64,000 bases of DNA. It comes from an uncultured virus (IMG/VR IMGVR_UViG_3300005193_000001). Taxonomy: Duplodnaviria; Heunggongvirae; Uroviricota; Caudoviricetes. Below are positions 47,422 to 55,670 of this stretch, piece by piece. The DNA is taken from IMG/VR virus record IMGVR_UViG_3300005193_000001, positions 62,001 through 126,000 of that record; one strand, given 5' to 3'. The position numbers and the translations under genes were made by a program. The notes under the pieces were generated by a model, which made no database searches, was not told where the DNA came from, and saw only the letters and a program-made list of their open reading frames with translations. Numbering within the stretch: position 1 is the stretch's first letter; every line of letters starts with the position of its first letter.

Positions 47422-50211
47422 TTAATCTAACAACCATCTTAGATCTTCGGTGCCGTCTCCGACCTGCTGGGTGTACGGATCTTGTCCACCCGAACCCCTT
47501 GGAGAATAGGCGAGTTTGTTGCCCTTGATGTTAGACACCGACTGTTTGGATCGCTGCATGAGTTCTGCCCTGTATTTCAGAGCCTTGTCTCTGACCCAAC
47601 AGGCAAACGCGGCTGCGATAACGAGGTCGTCGTTGTAGCCTTCCATGTGCTCTGGTTTTTGCCTCGTTCCTTTGTTTTTCCAAATGAAGGTGTGAAGCTC
47701 GTCTATGAACCTCTGAGACTTACACCGGAGCCATTTGTTGCGCATGAATTCTTGAAGCCTGGAAATGATGAGACCTCTGGTGTTGGTGTTCGTGTCTATT
47801 CCGGGCTTTAGATTTTTGTCGCTTGCGTGGGCAACGTCTTTGTCTATCTCTACCAACTTTAAGTCGTTACTGGTGTAGAGAAGGTTGGGGTACTGTCTGT
47901 CAATGACTTTCTGCATCGCCGCCCAACCGTAGCTGTCTCTCTCTATGACAAGAAGAGAGTTGTTGTACATCGTGCCGTAAGTGACGAGCAGGTCTCCGAA
48001 GTCAGAAGGCGGTATCTTGCCCTTGTATTCCGCCACCTGCTCCATATTTCTGGCCTTGTAGATCTGGAAAGTAGAATAGTCGGAAGCGTCTCCTCGTGCA
48101 ACGTCGGAAGCCATCATGTAGACGGTTTCGGACTGGACTGGCTCCCATATCCAAACGTCGCCTTTACCGCTACGTTGCTTCTGAATTGGGTCTTCAACGG
48201 CTTTGTTTTCGTACCACTTGATGATCTTCTGGTCGATGACCGTATCTCCAGACGTGGAGAAGTCGCAGTCGCAATTATGTGCCACGAAATGCTCGGTGAC
48301 ATATGTGTGGTCTTCCTCCACCTCAAGATTAAATACCTTCGTCCTCTCCGAATCTTCGATTTCATTAATTCGGCAAACACTGTAATCTCCGTTTCCGTAT
48401 GTGTGCCCTCTGTCGTTCTTATCTCTGAATCCACCTCCTACTACCTCGGTTATGCGGCTGCAAGACTGACGTTTCGTGTCGAGGAAGGATGCCACATGCT
48501 GCGTGGATTTACAATCTACTTCTTTACCTTCTATTTCCTCGGTCTTCACCTCTCTAAACTTTCTGGAGACCAGAGGATACCCGAGGACAGACGCTATGAA
48601 AATAACGTCGTCTACAATGTGAGAACTTGTGCTGGAGAGGGTCTTGTTCGCGGTGTTGGTGAGGCAACCGTCGCCCTTCATAACACCGTCAAGGACTCCT
48701 TCAAAGTAATCTTCAGAGCCGATCTCATACGATAGATCAGATAGCCCCTTGTCCTCTCCGGTACCAGTTCTCACGAACTTGTCAATGACGAGAGACAGGA
48801 GCTTGTTGCAAACCGAAAGGTGTCTACCCCTTCCCACGTTCTTGCGGGTCTGGAAGTTGGAGACTCCAAACTCGTCTTCTACAATTTTCTTTACTTCATC
48901 GGACCACTCGTCGTTTTTGTCGTGAGTGAAGACAATTCGCCTGTTGTTTTTCTTCTTGTAGCCATCCGCCAGATATAGCCCGACGAGATATCCGAAGTCG
49001 TAGTCTACCTCTATGTGGCTATTGATCTTCGTCTTGTGCTTGTCCGAAAGCCACACCTTGTCGTCTCCTTCAAGGATAGAGTGGCGGCCCTCGTAGTCCA
49101 CGTCAGATACGTTGAACATGGAATTGAACTCCCACTTCGGATTCGAGACGTTGGAAGGGAAGTGAGAAAGTTTGTCGCCTTCGGAGAAGTCCCCGAATTC
49201 GTTCCAATTGGTATCGAGATCCAGAACCGGGTGGTCAAGTGTGACTCTGCTCTTTTTCTTGTTGAGGCTGGTGTTGAACCCAAGCGTTTCGGCCTTCCGG
49301 TTGAAGGTTCTGATAACTTTCCTGAACCTGCCCTCGTGAGTAAGGACTCGGTCCCCGACCTCCACGTTTCGAATGGGAACGAATCCTTCGTCCGTATAGA
49401 TCTTAGTGTCGCCATCAAAGCACTCTCTCGCAGCTTTCTTTTTGCCCATCGTCTCCGTCTGTTCGTCTCTCCAGTCCTGATTTCTCTCGGGGTGAAGGCT
49501 CCAGTGAAGCTTGATGGGGTGAAAATTGTTTTCTCCTTCACCGACCCAAGTTTCAGGATCGTTAGAAGTCTTTTCAACTTCGTCTCCCGAAGTCGCTTTC
49601 TGCCACATTTCGTGAAACCAAGTTCCGACACCCGTTGGCGTAGAGAGCACCATGCAGTCTCCATCACCAATGTCAAGGGTGAGGTTAACGGCGCTCCAGA
49701 CCTCTTCGGCGTTGTCGATGAACGCGGCCTCGTCAATGATCACGAGACTCGCGGACTCCGATCTTCCGGCCTCTTTGGTGGTTGACTCCGCTCTAATTCT
49801 GGAGCCATTTTCAAACTTGGCTGCGAGTTGATTGTCAATGTCCAAGCCCTCCTTCATCCAAGAAGGAAGGTGGACGCGCATATTTTTGACCTTGGAGACG
49901 ATGTTTTTGGCCTTGTCCTGTTTATAGGAAAGGGCCAAGACCTCTTTGTTCTTGTGGAAGGTCATTAGCCACAAGGCGTAGGCTGATACGAGGGTAGTGA
50001 GACCCATCTGCCTAGCCTTCAAGACGATGTTGTACTTGTGTTCCAGAAGATCTTCGAACACTCTATCTTGAAAATCGTAAAGGTCGAAGAGGATTAGCCC
50101 TCTCTTCTGATGGACGATGTATACATAGTTCTGTATGAAATACCTCGGCCTTCTCAGGCACTTGAGGTATTCCTCCATCCTCTTCTGTCTAAGAGTCTTA
50201 CCATCACTCAT
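47422..50211 (-). CDS. Terminase large subunit (T4 gp17-like) containing an intein
   Basis: FDLYDFQ, LKARQMGLTT (Walker A), IIDEAAF, LSTP, nuclease SDVARG..DYS and YNDDLVIA. Confidence 0.96.
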   Translation of the reverse strand: MSDGKTLRQKRMEEYLKCLRRPRYFIQNYVYIVHQKRGLILFDLYDFQDRVFEDLLEHKYNIVLKARQMGLTTLVSAYALWLMTFHKNKEVLALSYKQDKAKNIVSKVKNMRVHLPSWMKEGLDIDNQLAAKFENGSRIRAESTTKEAGRSESASLVIIDEAAFIDNAEEVWSAVNLTLDIGDGDCMVLSTPTGVGTWFHEMWQKATSGDEVEKTSNDPETWVGEGENNFHPIKLHWSLHPERNQDWRDEQTETMGKKKAARECFDGDTKIYTDEGFVPIRNVEVGDRVLTHEGRFRKVIRTFNRKAETLGFNTSLNKKKSRVTLDHPVLDLDTNWNEFGDFSEGDKLSHFPSNVSNPKWEFNSMFNVSDVDYEGRHSILEGDDKVWLSDKHKTKINSHIEVDYDFGYLVGLYLADGYKKKNNRRIVFTHDKNDEWSDEVKKIVEDEFGVSNFQTRKNVGRGRHLSVCNKLLSLVIDKFVRTGTGEDKGLSDLSYEIGSEDYFEGVLDGVMKGDGCLTNTANKTLSSTSSHIVDDVIFIASVLGYPLVSRKFREVKTEEIEGKEVDCKSTQHVASFLDTKRQSCSRITEVVGGGFRDKNDRGHTYGNGDYSVCRINEIEDSERTKVFNLEVEEDHTYVTEHFVAHNCDCDFSTSGDTVIDQKIIKWYENKAVEDPIQKQRSGKGDVWIWEPVQSETVYMMASDVARGDASDYSTFQIYKARNMEQVAEYKGKIPPSDFGDLLVTYGTMYNNSLLVIERDSYGWAAMQKVIDRQYPNLLYTSNDLKLVEIDKDVAHASDKNLKPGIDTNTNTRGLIISRLQEFMRNKWLRCKSQRFIDELHTFIWKNKGTRQKPEHMEGYNDDLVIAAAFACWVRDKALKYRAELMQRSKQSVSNIKGNKLAYSPRGSGGQDPYTQQVGDGTEDLRWLLD
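48274..49422 (-). mobile_element. Intein (383 aa) with LAGLIDADG endonuclease in the terminase
   Basis: ARE/CFDGDT start, TLDHPVL, LVGLYLADG and LDGVMKGDG, VFNLEVEEDHTY...AHN/CDCDF end. Confidence 0.94.
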
Positions 50212-50220
50212 CTAGACTTT

Positions 50221-50595
50221 TTAGGAAAAGAATTGCTGTACCTTGGAAGCCGTATCCCTATCGATTTCGTAGGCTTTCTCTTGGCTTCCCTCTCTCACCA
50301 CCACCTCAAACTCTTGAGGCGTGTTTTGCTTCAAAGTGATAGAGCTTTCATTGTCTTCGTAGATCACGACGCTATCGGTGCTCCGGTTCACGTCGGTCTC
50401 TTGAAAAGCGCTTTTGTCACTCGGCTGGTTGTCGCTATGAGGCATACCGTCTGGATTAAACTCGAATCCGTACTTCTCTTGATCAGAAGTCTCGGTGTAC
50501 CCAAGCCCGCCTTGAGTATTGATGGCTGGCATATCGACTACGCCTCCAGCTACTTCTTTTAGTAGTTGCTTAAACTTGCTACTTTGTTCTGCCAT
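50221..50595 (-). CDS. Hypothetical protein upstream of the terminase
   Basis: 124 aa acidic ORF. Confidence 0.6.
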   Translation of the reverse strand: MAEQSSKFKQLLKEVAGGVVDMPAINTQGGLGYTETSDQEKYGFEFNPDGMPHSDNQPSDKSAFQETDVNRSTDSVVIYEDNESSITLKQNTPQEFEVVVREGSQEKAYEIDRDTASKVQQFFS

Positions 50596-50616
50596 AATGT
50601 GTTCTAATTAAAAGAT

Positions 50617-51000
50617 TCATGCTCCGCCAAGCAAGAAGCCAATGACTATGCCTCCAACGGTCCAAGCATATCCTCGGATTCGGAGCCAAAGGTTTTTGTC
50701 TTCCAACTCCTTAGCTTCATCTTCGCGGAGTTGAACTCGCTTTTTAGCAATATCTATGCGCTTATTGCTAAGTGCCAAGAGCGTCGAGTCCTGTCGGGCT
50801 TTTTCCCGCCACAACCGGATTTGCTTCGATTGCTCGGTAATGATGCTATCCTGAATAGTGACCTTTTCTGAAAGCTCGTTGAACTCGGACTGGATGTTCT
50901 GAATGGCTTCCACGGAAACTGTAATGCTGTCCTTTTCTTGTGCCACCGCAGGTTGTACGAGGGCAAAGGAAAAGCAAAGCAAAAAGATGTAACGGTTCAT
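50617..51000 (-). CDS. Exported coiled-coil protein with C-terminal TM (spanin-like candidate)
   Basis: Signal peptide ...PAVA/QEKD, coiled coil, C-terminal hydrophobic helix. Confidence 0.55.
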   Translation of the reverse strand: MNRYIFLLCFSFALVQPAVAQEKDSITVSVEAIQNIQSEFNELSEKVTIQDSIITEQSKQIRLWREKARQDSTLLALSNKRIDIAKKRVQLREDEAKELEDKNLWLRIRGYAWTVGGIVIGFLLGGA

Positions 51001-51004
51001 TGTC

Positions 51005-51328
51005 CTATTTGTTTTTATCAGAGAAATCTTCTACCCAATCTTTCAGTTCTTCGGGATCGTCGGTGTTTTCTCCCTCAACGTTATCAAGGTCTTTCTTCAA
51101 CTCGTCCACTTTATCTTGGGACCTTTCGATTTCTTCTTTAGTCTTCTCCTTTTCCTTCTTGACCTCTTGCTCCTTGTTTTTAACTTCGTCCTCTTTCTTT
51201 CGAAGCTTCTTGTCGGCCTCTTCGTATGCCTTACCGCTATCTCTACCAAGAACGAAATACAAGACGGCAAGTACGGCCACTGCCGCTCCAACAAGCCACT
51301 CCCAAATTTTAGCAAGAATTTTCCACAT
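51005..51328 (-). CDS. N-terminal TM plus coiled coil (i-spanin-like candidate)
   Basis: WLVGAAVAVLAVLYFVLG followed by a K/E-rich coiled coil. Confidence 0.55.
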   Translation of the reverse strand: MWKILAKIWEWLVGAAVAVLAVLYFVLGRDSGKAYEEADKKLRKKEDEVKNKEQEVKKEKEKTKEEIERSQDKVDELKKDLDNVEGENTDDPEELKDWVEDFSDKNK

Positions 51329-51329
51329 G

Positions 51330-51983
51330 TTAACTCAGCATTTTGCGGAGCGTGATACGAACGGCGCTCCTAATCTCTGTTTCACTCAGACCCTCCTTAA
51401 CCATGTCGGGAGCAGATCCCGTGAAGTCGTCAGGTTCGAAGTGGGATGCGATCTCTTCGTCGTCCACGTCTTCGATGGAGTCCGTGGTTTCGTCCCAATT
51501 AGCCTCAATGAAGGAGAAGTACTTGCGCTTGCCGTCCTCGGTGAAGCCAGCAAGACCGTCAACTCCAAGCTTGTCAATGAGACCAGTAGTAAACTGCTGA
51601 AACTCGGTCTCTTCGTTGAGGACGCTACGGACGGCGTTTCGAACGGCTTCTCGCACCCTGACCTGCTCTTCAAAATCAATTTCGTCGATAGCGTCGAGAG
51701 CGTCGTCGAAAATGTTGTCGTCGGGATCAATGTTCGCCGCGTAAGCAATCATGCCGCTAGCCTCCTGCTCGTCTCCTGTAGCGTCTACAAGATCACGAGC
51801 AAGCTGTTCTCCACTGTCGTAGGTGTCCGAAATGTTTTCGTCCTGAGGAACATCGAGAAGATCGTGCATCTTTCCTTCTTCAACGTCAACGTCGGACAGA
51901 TCTTCGTCCTCCATAAGAAGCCGCGCTAGGTTTCGCTTCTGACTCTCCGTAAGTCCTTTACTGTCTGAGCAATTACAACTCAT
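51330..51983 (-). CDS. Acidic late protein with repeated helical motif
   Basis: VREAVRNAVRSVLNE and IRSAVRITLRKML. Confidence 0.65.
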   Translation of the reverse strand: MSCNCSDSKGLTESQKRNLARLLMEDEDLSDVDVEEGKMHDLLDVPQDENISDTYDSGEQLARDLVDATGDEQEASGMIAYAANIDPDDNIFDDALDAIDEIDFEEQVRVREAVRNAVRSVLNEETEFQQFTTGLIDKLGVDGLAGFTEDGKRKYFSFIEANWDETTDSIEDVDDEEIASHFEPDDFTGSAPDMVKEGLSETEIRSAVRITLRKMLS

Positions 51984-51986
51984 GGT

Positions 51987-52646
51987 TTACTGTTGTTGTT
52001 CTTTAATTCGTTCTTCTATGTCTCCATAATAAAGGAGCCCTCCAAGCAAATTCGCCTTCTTGTTTAAATAGTCTATCTTATCCTCAGAGAGTTCCGGTAC
52101 TTCCCTCATATGATCGACACCCAAAACCCCCACTAACTTCTCGTCAAGATTCTTCATGCTGCAAAGGTCCATAGCTCTAGCCCCCCGCTGTCGAAAAAGA
52201 ACGTCAACCTCGTTCGGAGATTCTTCGTTTTCGGAAGCGAGATATCTTATGTGATCGTGTTCAGAAACGTCCAGAACCATTTCAGAAAAGAACGAAACCA
52301 ACATGTCGGAAAAGGTGTTCCTTTCTTTAGAAACCCCGGCAGAAGTCACTTCATGGGTGACGGACAGTTTCTTCATTGAATTTCCAGAGTTCGGAGGGTA
52401 ATACTGCTTACCATTGTGAAACTGAGCGATCCAAACCCTGTCAGCTTCTATGGTATCTAGTATAGTCTTGAGTTCCTTGTCTACCTTTTTTGCATACTCT
52501 ATATGATCACCAAGATCTTCTTCATCCCTTCTACCTTCTTCGTTATCGTCTTTAAACTTTAACCTGTAGTAGATGTAGGAAGAAATGATTCCGCCTGCTG
52601 CACTAATGATTGCAGCCGCGATCTTAGCGATAAAGTCCCACATCAT
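51987..52646 (-). CDS. TM-anchored GAF-like domain protein (holin T-like candidate)
   Basis: N-terminal TM; ADRVWIAQFHNG...KLSVTHEV...LVGVLGVD GAF-like pattern. Confidence 0.55.
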   Translation of the reverse strand: MMWDFIAKIAAAIISAAGGIISSYIYYRLKFKDDNEEGRRDEEDLGDHIEYAKKVDKELKTILDTIEADRVWIAQFHNGKQYYPPNSGNSMKKLSVTHEVTSAGVSKERNTFSDMLVSFFSEMVLDVSEHDHIRYLASENEESPNEVDVLFRQRGARAMDLCSMKNLDEKLVGVLGVDHMREVPELSEDKIDYLNKKANLLGGLLYYGDIEERIKEQQQ

Positions 52647-53332
52647 GATTCAATTAAGCTCAGGTCTTTGCCCTCCTCTTTAGCCTCTTCACGAAGTCGT
52701 TCTACTTCTTCACGAGACTCTTCGAGGTGCTGTTCAAATTCCTCTATAAACTCTTTTGCGTCATGAAACATTTCTTCTTTCTGTTCTTCCGAGATTTTGC
52801 TCCACTCTATCACCTGTCCAGACTCCGTGACGTCGTGGTTGGCGTCCATTTGACTTCTAAAACTTTCGAGACCCTGCTTTATGTCTTCGATCCAAGATTC
52901 CTTGTTACGAAGAATGGTAAGCTTCTCGTAGAGGTCGTAGAGCCCCTCGACCTTAAGTTTGGTCTCGTATTTTTGGACGCAGTCCATACATTTTCCCCTC
53001 TTCTTGTAAAAAGACTGATCCATGTCGTTCATGATGACTTCACATTCGGGACAGAAGAGAGGTGTTCGGATCTGTTGAAAAGAACTAACCTTCATGGGTC
53101 CACCTCGACCCATTTCCCAGAGATCCCCGCTCTCGTCTTTCCACTTGTCTCCAACCTCGGCGTCTTTGGGTCTGTGTTCGTAGACGCCGTCTTCGTTTTG
53201 ATCCGGGTCTTTATAAGCCCCTCCGCCACGGTTGTAAGTCTCGGGAACTCTAATTTGCCGTGGATTTTCTGGAATGCCACCCTGTAGGATAGTTTCTAGG
53301 GCTTCTCTTTGCTCGGTGCTTTGTGTTTCCAT
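52643..53332 (-). CDS. Zinc-binding phage protein
   Basis: PLFCPEC...KCMDC; GDKWKDESGDLW. Confidence 0.7.
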   Translation of the reverse strand: METQSTEQREALETILQGGIPENPRQIRVPETYNRGGGAYKDPDQNEDGVYEHRPKDAEVGDKWKDESGDLWEMGRGGPMKVSSFQQIRTPLFCPECEVIMNDMDQSFYKKRGKCMDCVQKYETKLKVEGLYDLYEKLTILRNKESWIEDIKQGLESFRSQMDANHDVTESGQVIEWSKISEEQKEEMFHDAKEFIEEFEQHLEESREEVERLREEAKEEGKDLSLIES

Positions 53333-53384
53333 AACTTTTTAGATTCGCGAATTAATTCACTTTGTAAATATAGAACCAGAGAGA

Positions 53385-54533
53385 TCACTCCACGAACTCT
53401 TCCTGGAGCCAGTGTGTGCGTGTAGGTCCAAGCGCTATTTTCACTAGGGGAATCAAGGACTCTTCAACCATGAAGGTTTTCGTGTAGTTCATAACGCGAG
53501 TCCAGCCATGTTTGATTTTATGCTCCGCAACGGCGGTAGGAATCTCCCCCATAATCTCGGCGTTAGAGTCTAAAAACCCGCGCTTCGCTAACGTAGCGTC
53601 TTTTATCCAAGAAGAGACGCAATCCGTGTAGATCTCAAGGCACTTCATAAACGGTTTTACATGACCTTCAGAGTCCAGGTCGTGAATTATAGCTTCGAAC
53701 ACCTCGCTGGGGTCGTCGAATCCACTTTCTCGACGAGCCGCCAACTCTTCCACTACCTTCTCTCTGGTCTTGCTCTTGTTTGTGAGGACGTCGGCATTGT
53801 CGAAAACCTGTTGTCGGACTTCGACTTTCAAGTTCCTGTTCGCGTCCTCCATCGCGTTAGAGAAGCGATGCATATCCTCGTTTTCTTCCGTGAATCTGCT
53901 TTTGTCCACGACCTTGGCGATAGCGTCGTTTTCGGTGTTGCGAACCACGTAACCTTCGGGCTCCCCGGCTCCAAGTATGCTGTCTTCACTTTTCAGCCTT
54001 TGGTGGAGTTCATTCAAGGTATCACACTCCATGAAGTCCGCCGATTTCCTCAGCACGGTAAAGTCCGTGTGAGACGTGAGCTCGGACGCCAGATGCTTGA
54101 GACGGAACAGGTGGTCTTCCGGCCTCTCGCCATCGATGAAGAGGTCAAACAACACCAAGGCTCCGTCGTCGTCAAAAAAGTCGGGATCGTACTTGACGGT
54201 ATTGGTGTGCGGGTATGGCAAGAGCTCCGCGAAGATTTGAAAGTTGGACTCGGAAACTGGTGTCGTCCAATGCCTCGTTTCTACGTCCTCCAAAGAGCGA
54301 TGGAAGCGCTCGAAACCTTCAAGATAAGGCACGTCCGTGTGCACGGAAGCGTCGTACGCGGGTGTGCCTCTCTTAGTTTTGGTGAAGAACTCACCTTCGG
54401 CGTCCAAACCGAAAGAAAGGTTTTGTCCGTCTATCTTTTCACTGACCTCGACCAGACCGAGAAGCTTTTGGACCTCCTCTTCTTCCAACTCGTCTATGTG
54501 AGGTATCTTTCTTTGCCATTTGACTTGAGACAT
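53385..54533 (-). CDS. RNA ligase/capping enzyme-superfamily nucleotidyltransferase
   Basis: Motif I SEKIDGQN, III FAEL, IIIa LFDL, IV EGYVVR, V AKVV. Confidence 0.7.
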   Translation of the reverse strand: MSQVKWQRKIPHIDELEEEEVQKLLGLVEVSEKIDGQNLSFGLDAEGEFFTKTKRGTPAYDASVHTDVPYLEGFERFHRSLEDVETRHWTTPVSESNFQIFAELLPYPHTNTVKYDPDFFDDDGALVLFDLFIDGERPEDHLFRLKHLASELTSHTDFTVLRKSADFMECDTLNELHQRLKSEDSILGAGEPEGYVVRNTENDAIAKVVDKSRFTEENEDMHRFSNAMEDANRNLKVEVRQQVFDNADVLTNKSKTREKVVEELAARRESGFDDPSEVFEAIIHDLDSEGHVKPFMKCLEIYTDCVSSWIKDATLAKRGFLDSNAEIMGEIPTAVAEHKIKHGWTRVMNYTKTFMVEESLIPLVKIALGPTRTHWLQEEFVE

Positions 54534-54539
54534 AAGGTA

Positions 54540-55577
54540 CTAAGAACCGACTTCAACAGAAAACGAATCTTCTACAATTTCTTCCAGATCTTCGTTCCAG
54601 AAACCGTCGCTGGAGAGCTTGTTCTTGTAGTCCAGAAGAGCGTGACGAACTCTGAAATCGGGAATTCGAGTTCTAGACAAATTACCCAACGTCCCGAAGA
54701 AGGAAGAAATGCTATGTTCTCCTAACCCAACAAAGTCTTCGAGAACGAGAGCCCAATCTAGATGTTCTAGACTCCGCATGTTGGTCAACTCTCTTTCCAG
54801 AGTTTTGGCGGCGTACTTTCCGCTAACAGAGCCGACGCCAGCTCTGTTAACGAGGTATTTGCGTTTAACGAGGGGACTCGTATCGAAAAGCTCGTCTCGG
54901 ACCTCTTCGAGACTGGAAAATTTCTCCATGTAGTCCATCAGATCTTCTAAAAGACGCAAGTTCTTTTCTTTCCGGGTTCTGCTGTGTTTGTCTTCCAGAC
55001 GATCCATAAGACCGGAAAGATCGTCGTGGTCCGGTGCCCAGACGTAAACGGCGAATCCTTTAGTAGCCATCGAGAGTCCGAATACTCTGGAAAAGCTGCG
55101 AATGAGTTCGGTCCTGTGAAGACCTTTGATTTCGAATTCAACGTCTCGACGAGTTGAGGGAGAACTATAATATTTGAGATCCCGGAGATATCTGAACATC
55201 TTTCTGCCTGGATCTCGTTCGGAGATCACCAAATCAACTTGAACTGGCTCTTCGGTAACTTCGTTATTGAACGATACCGAAAATATGTTCTTGAAGAAGT
55301 GCTTGTGAGGGATCTCCTCGTTTTCGAAGTGTTCATGAAGGTCCGCCCTTACGTCCAGAATCGTGTCTTCTTCGTCTTCCGCCAATACCAGAAGGTCTAA
55401 ATCCCCTGCCTCTTCTGGAGCGGAAGGAAGACGCTTCAAGATGGATCTTGTGGACCCGAGAAAGGCGGTTTCAGGGTGATCCAAAGAGCCGATTTGCTCC
55501 AAATGGGAACTGAACTCTTCAAAGACGCCCTCTACCTTCGATGCAGGTACAGATGGAGTGTCGAATTCGCCGGACAT
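54540..55577 (-). CDS. DNA polymerase beta-superfamily nucleotidyltransferase
   Basis: FLGST...AGDLDLLV...VQVDLV. Confidence 0.75.
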   Translation of the reverse strand: MSGEFDTPSVPASKVEGVFEEFSSHLEQIGSLDHPETAFLGSTRSILKRLPSAPEEAGDLDLLVLAEDEEDTILDVRADLHEHFENEEIPHKHFFKNIFSVSFNNEVTEEPVQVDLVISERDPGRKMFRYLRDLKYYSSPSTRRDVEFEIKGLHRTELIRSFSRVFGLSMATKGFAVYVWAPDHDDLSGLMDRLEDKHSRTRKEKNLRLLEDLMDYMEKFSSLEEVRDELFDTSPLVKRKYLVNRAGVGSVSGKYAAKTLERELTNMRSLEHLDWALVLEDFVGLGEHSISSFFGTLGNLSRTRIPDFRVRHALLDYKNKLSSDGFWNEDLEEIVEDSFSVEVGS

Positions 55578-55618
55578 ATGTTAGTAGCGTGTGACCTTTT
55601 GCAAAATAGACTCACCAA

Positions 55619-55664
55619 ATGAACGAGCATGGGCTGGTCTTGTTTCCGCTACACAAGATCTTCA
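55619..55664 (-). promoter_or_regulatory. ECF-sigma-like promoter plus 11-bp tandem repeat
   Basis: Minus strand TGAAG-N6-TGTAG-C-GGAAAC-N17-GTTCAT, upstream of ATG at 55577. Confidence 0.55.
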
Positions 55665-55670
55665 CTCGTC

